DNA from: Pocillopora damicornis
Lineage: Eukaryota
Length of the DNA stretch: 64,000 nt
Direction: 5' to 3'
NCBI RefSeq assembly: GCF_003704095.1
Contig: NW_020844379.1
Span: 62,001 to 126,000 of the forward strand
Positions 1 to 13,460 of the stretch are shown here, piece by piece. Positions within the stretch are counted from its first letter, which is position 1. Every line of letters starts with the position of its first letter. Both the position numbers and the translations under genes were made by a program. The notes beneath the pieces were generated by a model, which was not told where the DNA came from, did not search any database, and worked only from the letters and a program-made list of their open reading frames with translations.

Positions 1-139
1 CGTTTTCTTGTACAGATTAGTAATAATAAATAATTCGAGAAAAAGTGGTTTTTCAAAAATCACGGTTGTGTTTGTACTTAAACAGAACTCTTGCGCCTAT
101 CTTCAAATGCAAACTAGAAAGGGAATGTGACTGACATAC

Positions 140-3100
140 CCGTCCCTCCATTCGTCCAGCAGCCGTCTTGACACCACATCTAAGGCTCCGTAAAACCATT
201 TCCAAAACGAGAATGAGCGGCCGTTCATATGATCCTGATGTACAGGAGGCATTGAGTTAAAAATTAACACAAGAAGACAGAACATCTATTTATTTATCTA
301 TTCTTATGGCTAATAAGTTCAACAATTCAAAACAAACATTTTATGATAACATACACTATAGATCTTGCCGAATTTAACTGTAAAATATTGAATATATGTA
401 CCCTGTTGAAGAGCTGTCTTGTAATCATGGCATTGTCCATACCTCCCTCCATTTTGCCTTTAAATAACAACAGAATTTAAAGGTCGATAATCTTAAAAAC
501 TGTAAAGGTCAGGTTCACAGCCCGTTTTCTACATGTTAACAAAGGAAATTCTCTGGATGAAAAGAAGTCGGAAACTAAACTTGAAAACATCTAGGAAAAA
601 GTGTTAACCTGGAAAAATCTTTTTCCCCAAGAAGGTCAAGCTTTCAGGACTAAGTTGGATTTGATTGTTGAGAGCCCATCTTTTGTTCAGAGCTTCTGCA
701 AAGCGGGGCCATTCAACTTGATCGGGAACATCAAAAAGTTTCCTTTCCTATGAAAAAACAATTATTCGTAGTTCATCCAGTTTTATTATGAACAGGATTT
801 AAATAACACCTAATAAAATCATTTGCTCATTAGATTCTTCGCCACGAAGTTGTCAGCATTATCAATCACACAGACACTAAATTACGTGGGGGGCCCTAAG
901 TAACTATGGTTACTAGCGATCTACGGAATGTCCAATGAATATTTCGTACCGGCATTATCCTTTTTTTAATTAGGTTTACCTTTGCGAGTTTCATCTGCCC
1001 ATACCAATCCTACGCAACGGACTAAGACGCGCACTGACCTTTGGTTAGATCTGTGACCACTGCAGAATTTCTCACTTATTCATCTTTTTTTTTTATCCCT
1101 TCTGAACTAAATAGATAACTGACCTTGTCGGCGAATGCGTTGTCCCAGAAAACAGTTGCTTCAGCATCACACTGTTGATTGCCATGAACTGTCACAACCA
1201 CAGGAACCGAAATCACCTTTGGACCACAAAACAATGAAAGCATTAAGTAAGCTGTACTAACCAATGGGGCAAAGTGCTCTGATCACATTTGTAGGACTTC
1301 TCTGTCCAAGTAGATCATGATGAAAAGGCAATGGATGGTATCTAAGCAACCAACTTCAACTGAAATATTCTAAACGCTTTTTAGTGTGTCCGGACAGCAA
1401 TCACAAATCAAAAGGAAGTGAAATGGTTGTGAGGTAGAGAGGCTCGTAAATTACGACAAAGGAACGAGTAGTAGCTAGGGTCGTCTGTAAGGGTGGCCGT
1501 ATCTCTTGATCTGCATTGTTGTCTGGTTTCACTGTGTTTAATGGTGCAGGGAAAAAAGTGCAAACTAGGTCGCTTTCAAACCCCTACCCTCCCTTTCTCA
1601 GCTCCACCTACCGTTATATTGAATATTTCCTTTCCGAGGTTGATCTGCGTGGAGAAGAGTAATGCTGACTTCTCTTCTGTCACTACTTCTTTGTTCTTAC
1701 CGCCCTGTCTTGTGGCTTTGGCCAAGGACTAAAAGACACCATATAAAAACTGTTTGCAGACCGTAAATGAATAAGTAACATAAAAATATAACCAATATCA
1801 TACGTCTGCATAACAACCACTCCAAACATACGAAACAAAGATCTTGGCAAGTTGCGACAATAATTTCCGGCGTATCAAAAAAAAAAAACAACAACCACAG
1901 AGAGGGCTTCTTTTTCTGTGATATTAAGTTTTAAACAATATCTTATTATGTTTAACGATCTCAGCACCTGACAGTTCATTAAGTCGACAAGTTCGGACAG
2001 TAACAACTATCGTTAAGAATAAAAGAATCCTATGAATTTATCACGAAATACATTTTTCAGAACCAACCGAGTTTCCGTTGTTGTTGTTGTTTTTTTTTTC
2101 CTTTTTTCCCTTTCGCACTCTATTCATATTAATTTTCCATGAGATTCCATGCCCAGTTTAGTTACCAATTATGATTGCTATTGCAGGATGCAATAGATGT
2201 ATTTGTTCATCATGATTATAATCGTTACTGAATTTTTGATCATTTTTCTCACGATCCAGATTCACTATTACCTGTAGAGACATTCTTTCCATTGAAGACT
2301 ACGACATTTCGACTGTTATACTAAAGCTCAGCACAGAATAGTCCAAATGATTTGATCCCCAACTAATTGTTTGATTCTACAACTGACAGTTACTCTGATT
2401 CGTGAGACACGTCGAAACATTCCGTAATAAGCTTACCAAGTTTTTGAATTCACCAATCAGCTTCCCTGTCACTTGATTGAATTCCAGTGTCTAAAAACAA
2501 GAAAGCCTTTGGTCTTCATTTAACCTTCACAAAAAATAAATCTTTCTGACAATTGATAGAGAGCAGCAAACGGTGTTCTGACCTTCTTGTTGTTCAAAAC
2601 AGGACTGTTGTTTGATGATACACTGCTGCATGAGGGGAAAAAAAGCGTCAGTACTGCATAATATATTTTATCTCTTACTCGATTGCTGTACATACCCTTT
2701 TACCACAACCGCTGTTTTTTTTGACGCATTAACATTAAAAGAAGCCCAAAGTTTCAGATAGAGTTGTTAATAGTTGAGTTGTTCCAATTCAAGGCAATTA
2801 TTGCTCGAACCATCTCACGTTACTTTCGACCTGACAAACAAGTAACATAAACCACCCATAAATTCTGACTACATCTGAAATGAAAACCACAGCTGCTAAA
2901 AGTCTCATACGTCAATCTCAGTAGTGTACTTTGAAATAGGCGTTGGCCTGGCAGTAAGACAGGTGTGCCCTTCCTTCCCACCCTATCCCTAAGGATATCT
3001 CTTTCACGGGAAAAAGATAAAGGAAAGGAAGATTTATATATGATATGAAATGCAAAAATCGTAAAGAACAAATTATAATCGAAGTTCAATAATAGTTTTT

Positions 3101-6100
3101 ACCTCTTGCGATTCCCAACATTAAGACCTTGTGCTTGCTTTTCACTTCAAAACATAATACAAAAAGAAGTAAGCTGACATCTAATATAAAAAACTCGGAT
3201 GGTTTAATTAAAAAAACCTTGTTGGTACTTACGAAATTAGTGTACAGGTAACCTCTGGTGGATGGGTTTGGATATTCAGTTTTCCACCAAGAAGATGCCT
3301 ACATACATAACCATTACAAATTTGTATTAGCTGGTGCTTACTCCAAAAATTAAAGTGTACATCTTCAAAAACTTGTATGACACTCAAACATGAAGACTTC
3401 ATGAACCATAACTTACCGAACCACAACTCCAAACTTTGTTTGAATCTTCAGGACTTGGGGAGGTTGTTTCTCTATGATAAATGTCCTACAAAGGAAAAAA
3501 AACATATTCAAGTAGTTGTGGAGAGGAACCCTAAATATGCCTCTGAGTGCACATCACTGCTTCTTTTACTTGAAATTTAATTGTGCATTTTTACAGAATT
3601 AAGAAGGACAGAATGCTAAACATACAGATTGAACAATCAGGAGGACTTACTTAGTCAAGAACAGTTTCATGAGGTTTCTTGCAGATGTTTTAACATTATC
3701 CATTCGCTTCAGTTCTAATTCATTCCCCTGAAATGCTTGATGGAAAAGATTGTCCAGCTACAAGAAAAAAAAAACCTGTACATGTACATGTATAACATAA
3801 TAGCAGCAAGGTAGCTAGACACAAGGCATCAGAACTTTAAAATTATGTGGCTTAGTGCCCTTATCCTCAATATAATAAATAATATATTTTTGTAGAGTTA
3901 ACCTTTATTCTGCTGAAAATTATTGGACAAAGCATACATCATATCATTCTCCTGGGTCACTATTAGTACTCTACACTTCTTTAAGATGCAATTGGGCAAT
4001 CCTAAGCAAGTTCATATCAACCAGCTGCCTGGTTTACCCCAGGTCCCCAATAAATCACTGGGAAATACTTTTCAGCAAAGAGCAAAAAATGCACAGTCCT
4101 CTAGACTAACCTGAGAAGCTTGTTGAAACAATTTCCACAGAAGTTCAGCAAGTGTTTCACAACTATCAAAGGAAAATTAGTGAAGAGCTTTTCAATTCAA
4201 GTTACCTAATATCTATACACTCTTTACTATTTCAAAATCATTCAAAACACTGAACAGAAATTACAAATAATACATTATGTATTTTGTGGTGGGTCTTCCT
4301 TAACTTCATTTTGCTCTTAATGAAATAACACATTCATAAAAAGATATTTTTACAAGAAAGCTGAAGTTAATGCAAAAACAGAAAAATGCTTTATTAGGTA
4401 CCAAGCGTGAAACTTTAAAAAGATAAATGATGACTTATTAACCAGATGGAAAAAGATAAGAGTAACTTATTGAACTGGTTGACAGTAAAATTGTTGTGTG
4501 CTGAGATTATGTCAATATGAGGCTTATGAAATAATCAATGTAAATAAAGTTTTTTGTAAAATAATGGCTCAAGACATACAATGTAAAAGATTAGAGAGGG
4601 CAAAGTTTCCTAATGAGCTAATGCCAACAGCTGTGCACAACAAGAGCTGGAATAAGAATGAAGTCTGAAAAACATGAACTCCTACACTAAATTAGCATTA
4701 AGTATCACACAGCATAAATAACACCATCATACATTTCTTGTAGTTTGTCAAGTGACTGTGGAGACTTAAAACCACACAGGGATCTCTGCTGTAAATGTCT
4801 CCACTCAGCAATCTCATCAAAATTAGTCTTTACTATTTCAGATAACTTCTTCAGATGAGTGCAGAGGCATTCAATGAAGCCCTGGAAACCAAAAGGAAGT
4901 TAAATAGCAAAAGAGCAACAAATCAGTACATGTCCTAACATATTCATCACACTTTATGCTATATAAACTAAATCTATAAAGCGTATTCAAGGTAATGACA
5001 TAATGTGTTAGACAACATTGCACATTCAATTTGGTGTTTGGCTGCATACATGTGTAAAATAACAAAGCAATTCACACTTGATTTTACTGGTACAGCTGGT
5101 AGCTCATTGCCCCAAGAACATGCAGGTTTGAAACATTTTGATGGAAGATTTCTGTTTCATTTTGTTATTTATTTTTTGAAGGTAAATTTTGATGTTAGTT
5201 TTTGTATATTTGCAGCCACATTGTACTCTGCTGTAAAAAAAAGGAGTCATGAAAAATGTGTCAAACACAAGTCTATAGGGCAACGCATCTGATCATGGTC
5301 CTTGAACTGGGAAATGACAATAAAAATGATTCAAAGAGCTACATATTTATTTAATACAATGGTATTGGAAAAAGGTTAGCTGTGACACATGTAAATTACT
5401 AGATCATCTTTTTTTTAGTACATAGTATGTAGGTTAGCTTCCAAAATAAACTATTATAGAAAGGCCCTGATTGTAAAAACCTGTAATGTCCAGTCTGAAT
5501 GACAACTTATTTTAATAGAAGTCAATAAGTATCTGGAAATACCAGTCTTTTGGTGATTGACAATTCTTCCCCCATCTTGCTTAATTCTTGTTGAATTTTT
5601 TCTATCTCTTGCTTGATGTGTTCTATCCTTTGTTTCTGGAAATTAAAACAAATCAATAAAAATAGAAAAGGGGGGGGAGAGATTCACTCCTGGGTTTTAA
5701 ATTTTTGGATACTTAAAGAATATACTTTCTTTGTTTCAATGACTACATATACGTATATTGTTTGATATGGAGAATTACACTCTGGCTTTTCAAGACAAGT
5801 ACATTTTGCACTAATACTTCACCTACATTGTAGCTCAAATGAAAAACAGTACAATTACTACTATCACAGGTAATCTGGGGTAAAATAGTTTTCTCAAGTA
5901 AGAACAGATGCGACCATTTTCTATTAACTAATTAAGAACACTCTTTTTCAAAATCAAAACTTAGTCCCTCAAACTAATTTTTACTGTTTATGCCCAAAAC
6001 TTTCAGATTGAAGTGTCCCATGTAAAGAGTCTTTTTTCATGTTTTTGCCTGACTGCACTCAAACTGTTGTTGCTTCATGACCATCTTGATAAAGATACAG

Positions 6101-9100
6101 GTTATCTTTGTTTACTCTTAAGGGTAAGAACCACAAGTGACACTTTTTTAAGGTTCAGGATTCAATGCATTAACATGAAATAGTCATTAAAGTATCATAA
6201 CCCACCTTTTCATTTTCATTGAGTTGTGAAGAGTTTTGTACCTTTTGGGCTTCCTGTTGATCTACAAAACAAACAAACTATGACAATTATACTCCACAAT
6301 ACAAAAGCATCAACTTAATAATGAAAATTTACTTTAAGTACAGAAAAAACAGTGTCAAATGTATGAGTAATCATAGCAGATTACCACCAGATTTCAGGAT
6401 TTGTACCAAGTTTATAAAAAAAGTCATAAATGTCTTACTTATGTCATAGCTAATGTTTACAGTTTACATAAGAATAATTATACTAGATTCTGATTTAATT
6501 CTGTTCTTGTAAAGCATACTCAGAAAGTGAGATGGAGACACAGGTCAAAATGTTATCAGTATATTAACTAAAGGAAAGTTGAACTGTCATATTTTCTTCC
6601 AAATCAATTATCTTTCCAAAGCAATACAACAGTAATTGCAAATACAAAACAAGTAATTTCTGGTTATTTTTGTGCAGCACCTATATTGTATATTCAGACT
6701 TCAGTGGTATGCACCATTGTCATGGCCCATTTTTCAAGATTTCATTTTAAAAGAAACACTTTTTTTTCCAACACAGATTGTAAGTCAGGGTAAATTATCA
6801 ACTGGCTATGGTTTAAATTGTATTCAAGTTGGAGTGTAATTACTCACTGTAATCCCTATAATTGGGAAAAAAACTGGATATTTCTAATCATATTCGATGA
6901 CATAGAAGTTGCTTTTAATGGTTAAATTGAAAAAATGGTAACCATGCAGTAAGACAGAAGCAGTGCACTTACATTTATCTATTTTCCCACTCACTTCCTG
7001 GAACTTTATCACATACTGTTCTTTTAGCTGCTCAATTTCTTTCAAGAAGGTATCATTTTTCTGAAGTAAATGGTCACATATTCAAGTTAACCTTAATCTA
7101 TATATATCTATGTATCTTTAGCACTGCACAAACTAAGAAAAATTGCCCTGAAGTAGGTGCAAAATCTAAAATATATTTTTAATAGACACTTGACAAACAT
7201 TTATTGAACAGTTTTGACCACAAATGTAAGGTATTATAGAGTACAACAGTCTAGGTAAATAATAATCTAGATGAAAGTGGGTACTTGTTAAAAAAAAGTC
7301 ATTGATGTTTCATCATTGGTCAATGAAGTCAAGGCTCTAATGATGTCAAGAAGTAAGCCAATGTTTAAATTCACAAGTGAAAAAATTATTCACCTCCCAC
7401 ACAAACACCTCATAGCAGTGCCCTTATTGGCACAAGTTCAGTTCTTTTTCTTATCGAATATTGTACAAAAATGTAAACAAGTAAAAATACTATATTCATT
7501 CAGTCACAAGAGGGCATTTAAAAAAACACCTTTAAGCAGACAGTGTTAAAAATTGAAGAGAGTGTAATACCTGACTATCCTTGACAAGAACATCCAGTTG
7601 CTTGCGCAGAGCAACATGTGGGTCTGGAGCACTTTCTTCAGTATCCATGTCCTCCATATCTATCGTTGTTGTTGATTCCAATGAAATCTTAAGGTTTGAA
7701 CAACAAAGAGAAGACCACATTAAAGACTTAAAACAACTGAAAACCTAAAATTTATTAAAAGACATTATGAGTTTGTGATCAAAATTTCTTTGCACAAAAG
7801 TATTCAATATAACAGTTCCCTCTTATCTGCCAAAAAAATTTAGTCCCTTATGAAAAAATATAAAGCACATTGAAAATAGGTACCACAGCCAACTGGGAAA
7901 GAGGTCAATCTCACAAGGTACCACCAGATGAACCCTAGGTCGTTACAAAGAAATTTGCACAAGCACACCTCTTCCTGCTATGTGATGTTACATTTGTTAT
8001 CACAACTACAACTGGAACAGAATAGATTGCTTGTTCTGAAATTACTAAAAAATATTGCTACAAACAACTATACATATTCATGGTTCCTCAGCTTTCAAAA
8101 CCATTGCTGTACCAAAAGGGCTTCATGCACTGTACATGACTTTATGTTTATATATATACTTACAGAAACTGCATTCTGGACCAATTCTCTCAGTTTAGAA
8201 ACAACCCCATAAAAATACTGAGCAAGCTTCACTGGATCATTACCATAGCTCTCCTAACAAAGAAAATGTAAAGGTGCAGAGTTTCATAAGGTTCATGTAA
8301 GATAGTGAGCTACTTTACAGTACAAGGATTAATATAGACTAATTGGTGTTTTGTTTAAGTCGGCAATAATGCAAAATATTTAGTGCTAAACCTCCTGTAA
8401 GTACATGAAACTAGGAGCAATAAGGACTAAATGTAATTTATTTCATCTCAAGCATAAAGAGCAAACACTGACTGTTTAAGGCTATGCATGGATTATTCCT
8501 ATTTGACAAGAAACGATGGAATCTATTGACTGTCAGCTGCATCATGAACTGGTCAAATATGTAATGTAGTGGTCAAAATATAAGTGTAAACGGAGAAATC
8601 AACATGGGTGTATAAACAAAAGGAAGGGATTGCAGCAAATAAAATTACAATGAGTTGGTAACTCACTATCAACTTACCTCTATTTTATGTAGCACCTCCT
8701 CAACTTTCTTTGCTATTAACATGTTGTGGAAATCATTCATAGTTGCAGCTAGACCCTCCAGCTGTAGACCAACACAAATTTTGCACAAATTAGTGTCAGA
8801 GCAAGTGATCAGAGCTACATAACTCAAAGTTAATTGCCAATCATTTCACACTGTTCTGTATGTCTACCTTTTGTTTATGTTGATTCAGGTGGGATATGGT
8901 AGCATCCATTAACTGTTTAGCTTTTATTACACTTGATCCCTGAAGATTTGGGTCGATTGCCTCATCCCTGGAGGCAAAAAAAGAGATAAACTTAAAATTT
9001 TCTTGAAAACAAGTTTTAAGTAATCAAAGCTACACAGATTGATGAAGAAGGATAGTTTCAATAAAAGTACAGTAGAAAAATACATGTCATACAACCCCTT

Positions 9101-9985
9101 AAAATCCACACAAACGTATGGGGTTCTAAAAATACTAAACAACATGCTCAAAAAGAAAAATCCAGGTTAGATCTGACCATAATGCAAAGTCATGGGGATG
9201 CATACCCTGTTTTGTTTTGATGTTTTCTCCAAACCTTAATTTATGGATATCATTTTGGTAACGGCTTCAAATACCCCTCTTCCTGTTTCCTTTTTCTTTT
9301 GACTCCCTGCAGATTGCGTTTGTTTGTTTGTTTGTTTGTTTGTTTTTTTCGAATTCAGATACTCTGTTCCTGATTGTTGCTACAATGCTTATCATAGTGA
9401 AACACATTAGACTGCAAAAAAGACATAATTTCGATATTAAAATCAGCCCACAACAAGGGACTGTAGCAACGACTCTAAAGAACTCTGCATATCAGCACAA
9501 AATGACATGGGGAGGAGAACAACCTAAAACAGAAATCCTAACTAAATTGGGAAATTGATCTGATCTAACACTGCCTCAACAGCTTGACAAGTTGCTTCCT
9601 TTCAGAAGATAAAGCAAAAAAAGTGTAAAAATTTGGAAATGTCAGTTTCTGTAGGAAAAAGTAAAACAAATAAAACAGGAGTCTCCAGGAAATCATCATT
9701 GAACAAATTAGAGGTGAGTGGATGACATGGAAACGTCATGTGGTGAGCGGGAGGGGGAAATGTAAAGGGAACTTTCAGGATTTTTGTACAACAACATCAC
9801 AGATAGTAGAAACAGCAGATATTCACGTGACGTCATTCAACTTACCAAGGCTGAAGAACCAACCACTGCATCAAGTAAATGCACGCCTCGAATTCAAACG
9901 ATCCGCCAAAAATGGTTTGAAGCTCTGTAAGGATCTTCGTTTTTACATGAGCTTCTAGGTTCTGAAAAGTATCCCAAAACGACAT
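140..9985 (-). CDS. STAT: STAT transcription factor (STAT5/6-like), 3' end (SH2, transactivation) beyond window start; 21 coding exons
   Basis: Phase-consistent GT-AG exons: 9985-9846, 8967-8868, 8761-8678, 8253-8164, 7687-7571, 7060-6973, 6261-6206, 5635-5543, 4881-4733, 4162-4111, 3757-3651, 3485-3417, 3298-3233, 3144-3103, 2625-2583, 2490-2437, 1728-1612, 1216-1124, 747-609, 457-402, 234-140. Translation gives STAT hallmarks: MSFWDTFQNL..QPWDEAID (N-domain), EIAEWRHLQQ..SLDKLQEICETLAELLW (coiled coil), TFIIEKQPPQVLKIQTKF..RHLLGGKLN, VVTEEK, PVVVTVHGNQQCDAEATVFWDNAFA (DNA-binding domain), RSFSFWKWFYG..EWRDG (linker). Confidence 0.96.
9317..9345. repeat. (GTTT)n microsatellite in STAT intron
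   Basis: gtttgtttgtttgtttgtttgtttgttt read directly. Confidence 0.85.
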
Positions 9986-10196
9986 AGCTTGTTAATAAGT
10001 GATCCAGGGATGAAATTCTCTTAAAATATGCCCCTCGGAGTCACCCACTACCACGAAATATGAAATTTGAAGGGTGACTTAAACAGGTAAAGCTGCCGGT
10101 GCGTTTCTCATTGAGCCTTTCCACCTCCAGAGGTAAACACTTCTGATCGATTTCAACGCGGCCTTTCGGTTTTATATCTGTAGACGCCGATCGTCT

Positions 10197-10972
10197 TTCC
10201 GAGAAATGACAAACTTCCTGTTTTCGCCGAATTATTCAACCGAGGTTACATTTCACGCACTCGGTCATACTTCGGTTATCATTCGGACACTCTCGCTACC
10301 AACGAGAAATTCGCTTACGTGACATCGTAAACTCGGAAAAACCGGAAATAAGTATGTTTTTCACTCAAAACGCCATTATGGCCTTTCTCGAACGTTGTTT
10401 GCAATAAAGCCATGCAAATAAACCCACCAAAGCTCAAAAAATATGCCAAAAAATTCATAAAATCAGCTTTTTTAATCATTTTCTTAAAATTCACGATTCA
10501 TGCTTACCTCCAAGAAGTTGAGAATCCTTGGATGCCCAAATTTCTAAGAACCACGTTAGTCGTGGAAAATCCGGAAGAATAAATCATTTGCATAAGGCCG
10601 TGAAAAAACATCAAAGGATTCTAACACTTAAAGGTCATTCTTAGAAGAAACGGAAGGATAAGAACGTTTTCGAATTATGAAATAAACAAACGATTCAGTG
10701 TATCAAAGAATTCTGAGAATATAATAATAAGTAACCTTGACATAACATATAATTTAGTCAGCAAACTTGAAGAGTCATTGCATTTCGTCCCTGATTGTTA
10801 AGATTTGGGCTTAAAGTAAAGCTTGAAAAGTGGAAAAAAATTTAAATAGACAAGTTTCTTTTGCACTTGATAGTAGATTTAGCCGCGCGTAAGCCGCGAG
10901 GACTTGTTGAGATCAAAATGGTAACTCACCCGTTTCTACGAAGTCGGTGTTGTCTTCCTATTTTTCTATGAA
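10197..10972. promoter_or_regulatory. CpG-rich STAT promoter/5' region with six GAS (TTCnnnGAA) palindromes
   Basis: TTCCGAGAA 10197, TTCTAAGAA 10542, TTCTTAGAA 10638, TTCTGAGAA 10711, TTCTACGAA 10934, TTCTATGAA 10964. Candidate 5'UTR exon donors (GTAAGC on minus strand) near 10318 and 10507. Confidence 0.6.
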
Positions 10973-13049
10973 ATAAAAAAAAGGATAAATCTTAGTTGGA
11001 CGCTCGGTAAATAAGACAGAGATAGCTTATATTATACACCTGATAGGGTTAACAGAGTTACGACGGAAGTTAAACTTACTTCCGAGTTACAGAGCAAGAC
11101 CCTCCGAGTCTGTCCTTGAGTACCGATCGACCGTGCAGAGAAACATACTCATCTCGGTTGGTGTTTTTAAAGCAAGAGTGATTAACGGCTGTTGGCTACT
11201 CTGACAAAGAAAAAATGCCATTAAGTCTACGATAAAGTTGAAGGTATTTACAACATGCTTTAGAGAACTTAAACGAGCGTAATCTAAGGTACAATGAGAA
11301 GCTGGAAGCTGAAGAAATCAGGATCGCTATGGTTTGCGAGTGTTACGATAATCTGAAGGACTTGAATTCAGAGCAACTAAGCTCGTTTATTTGAGTGAGT
11401 TTTAACGATATATTTTAGAATGAAACGTTTCTGATATTAACAACCATTTTTGTATAGTATTTTTGGGGACCTCGTAACGCCCTTGTCAGCTGAAAGCGGG
11501 AGTACGCGTTTATGGAGGTAGGTTTAGATCCGCCTGAGCACATTCTCCATTTTGTGTGCAATGTTATAAATTATGAGATGTGAACGTGCGATATTTTGTG
11601 ATATGTGAGGCAGCCTGTTGGACTCGAAACGTTTCTCTTATTCAGGCAATTTGGATGGACCTCCAAGAATCGAAAATTTAAAATAGTTTCAAGGATTGAG
11701 TTGGCAGAAAGGGACTCAGCCGAAAAACAATAATTGTTTTGGTTATCAGGGAACTGAAATGTTTCACTATGTCATTCAATTGCATGCTAGACACATAAAA
11801 TCGATCAATTGATCGATCAAAAGGGGCAAACGGAACAGTTGTCGAATGAGGAAAAGAGTCTTTTCATTGTTTGAACCTCTTATTAGAACATACTCGCATT
11901 ACCTTGAGAAAATGGGACTTGTTCATCAATCTACTTACAAAGTAGAGTGAAACGACATATAGGGGTGCTGGACTGAATTGAAGTACTTGACATCGTCAAC
12001 TCAACAAGGCATATGGAGCGGTCTTCAATCTGACATCTTTTTTTTCTTCCAAATTTGCGAAGCATACACGAATTAAACTCAATTGTACGATGCAAAAGCG
12101 AAAGATACTGAGTAAACTCGCGAAAGCTATGTAATATTGAATCCGTTTCAAGTTATATTTACTCGTGGTAGTTCAATGGAGGGTTAACAGAGAGCGTTAT
12201 TAGTCTATCAGTGAATGCAACTAAAACTCAGAACTCTGCGATACCATGAGTTGTTTTCAGGTTTGTGTAACGAGCCGATTTAAAAGAAGCAACCTTATGA
12301 ACGGACTTAAAAACTTTCTCACGATAAATATCGCTACACACACGGTAGAGTAACCTCTGATCAGCTCACCTTAATCTTTGCAATTCAAAATAACTTAATT
12401 CGGTATGAAAACTGAGCCACAAACCATGCAGCTCTACTTGAAAAAGTGAAAGTAGCCTTCTGATTCGGTGATTCTAACAGCGCTTCTTGATTTTATTTTA
12501 TCAGCCTTATTTCATTGACTATGGTTTTTGAATATTCTGAGAAACGACTGTGAGTTTAAACACAACATAATATCTTGTGATTGGTTGAAGTCTACAAATG
12601 ATACTATTTCTTGATGTCTCGCTTCTCTCTCCTTGTCCTGCAGTTTTTAAAAGCTTTTTCTTTCATAGAACTAACATGGACTTACACCTTCATTTCACTT
12701 AAGTTCAATATGAATGAAACTGAAAATCGAACGTGTTGTGGGCAATTAACTGACAAACTATAACTATACAATCTACAGAATTAATTAGTTCGACTCAGGG
12801 AAGAATTACTTCAAAAAAAAAAAGAGCCGTCTAACAAAATCCACACTGAACACTGAAAAAGTTGATGAGGAATTCAATTGAGCTAAACGGAGAGAGGTTT
12901 TTCAAACAGATTTATAATGGACTTTATCCTGATCCGCCATCTTGGAAGGAGAAGTGCGTGAAATTCCGGTAGCCAAACTCTGTCCTCCACGTTTTAAAAA
13001 AAGAATTATTCCTATCAGTCATTTCCACGATGCAAAAATAGCTGGTTAA

Positions 13050-13460
13050 AATAAGTTACAGCGTTTCGCCATTCGATACACGGAGATTTAAGGAAGCCTT
13101 CAGTGTTCTAGCATGTTGTGGATTTGGCCGACCTTACCTTCAGGCCGAAAAACTTGAAGAATACAATCAAGGGCAGAATCCTAGGTAACTAACTCACAAG
13201 TAACCTAGTATAACACTTTTAACCGCAGTAACATGTAAATGGTATCGACCCATGCTTATCGAAATGATCTATTTCTCTGCCTGTAAATGTCTCTACCGCC
13301 AGAGAGGTTATCCTGATGATATCATGGAAAACATTTATACAAAGAACATTTTGGGTTTGTTATTAGATTCCTCTGATGAATTTTGTCCCAGCTGAAACAG
13401 GACAAACTGTCGAACTTTTTTTCCCAGTTTCATCAAGCCGTCATTTTCTTTTTTTTTGTT
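13050..13460 (+). mobile_element. Highly decayed Penelope-like element remnant
   Basis: RT C-terminal-like ..RQRGYPDDI at about 13297-13325, followed by a degenerate pLTR/hammerhead-like CTGATGA..TTTGTCC/GGACAAA..GTCGAAC at 13373-13415. Confidence 0.35.

Noticed and set aside
2272-2312. Extra STAT exon
   Set aside because: Flanking exons 2490-2437 and 1728-1612 already join into the conserved FKNL-SLAK sequence.
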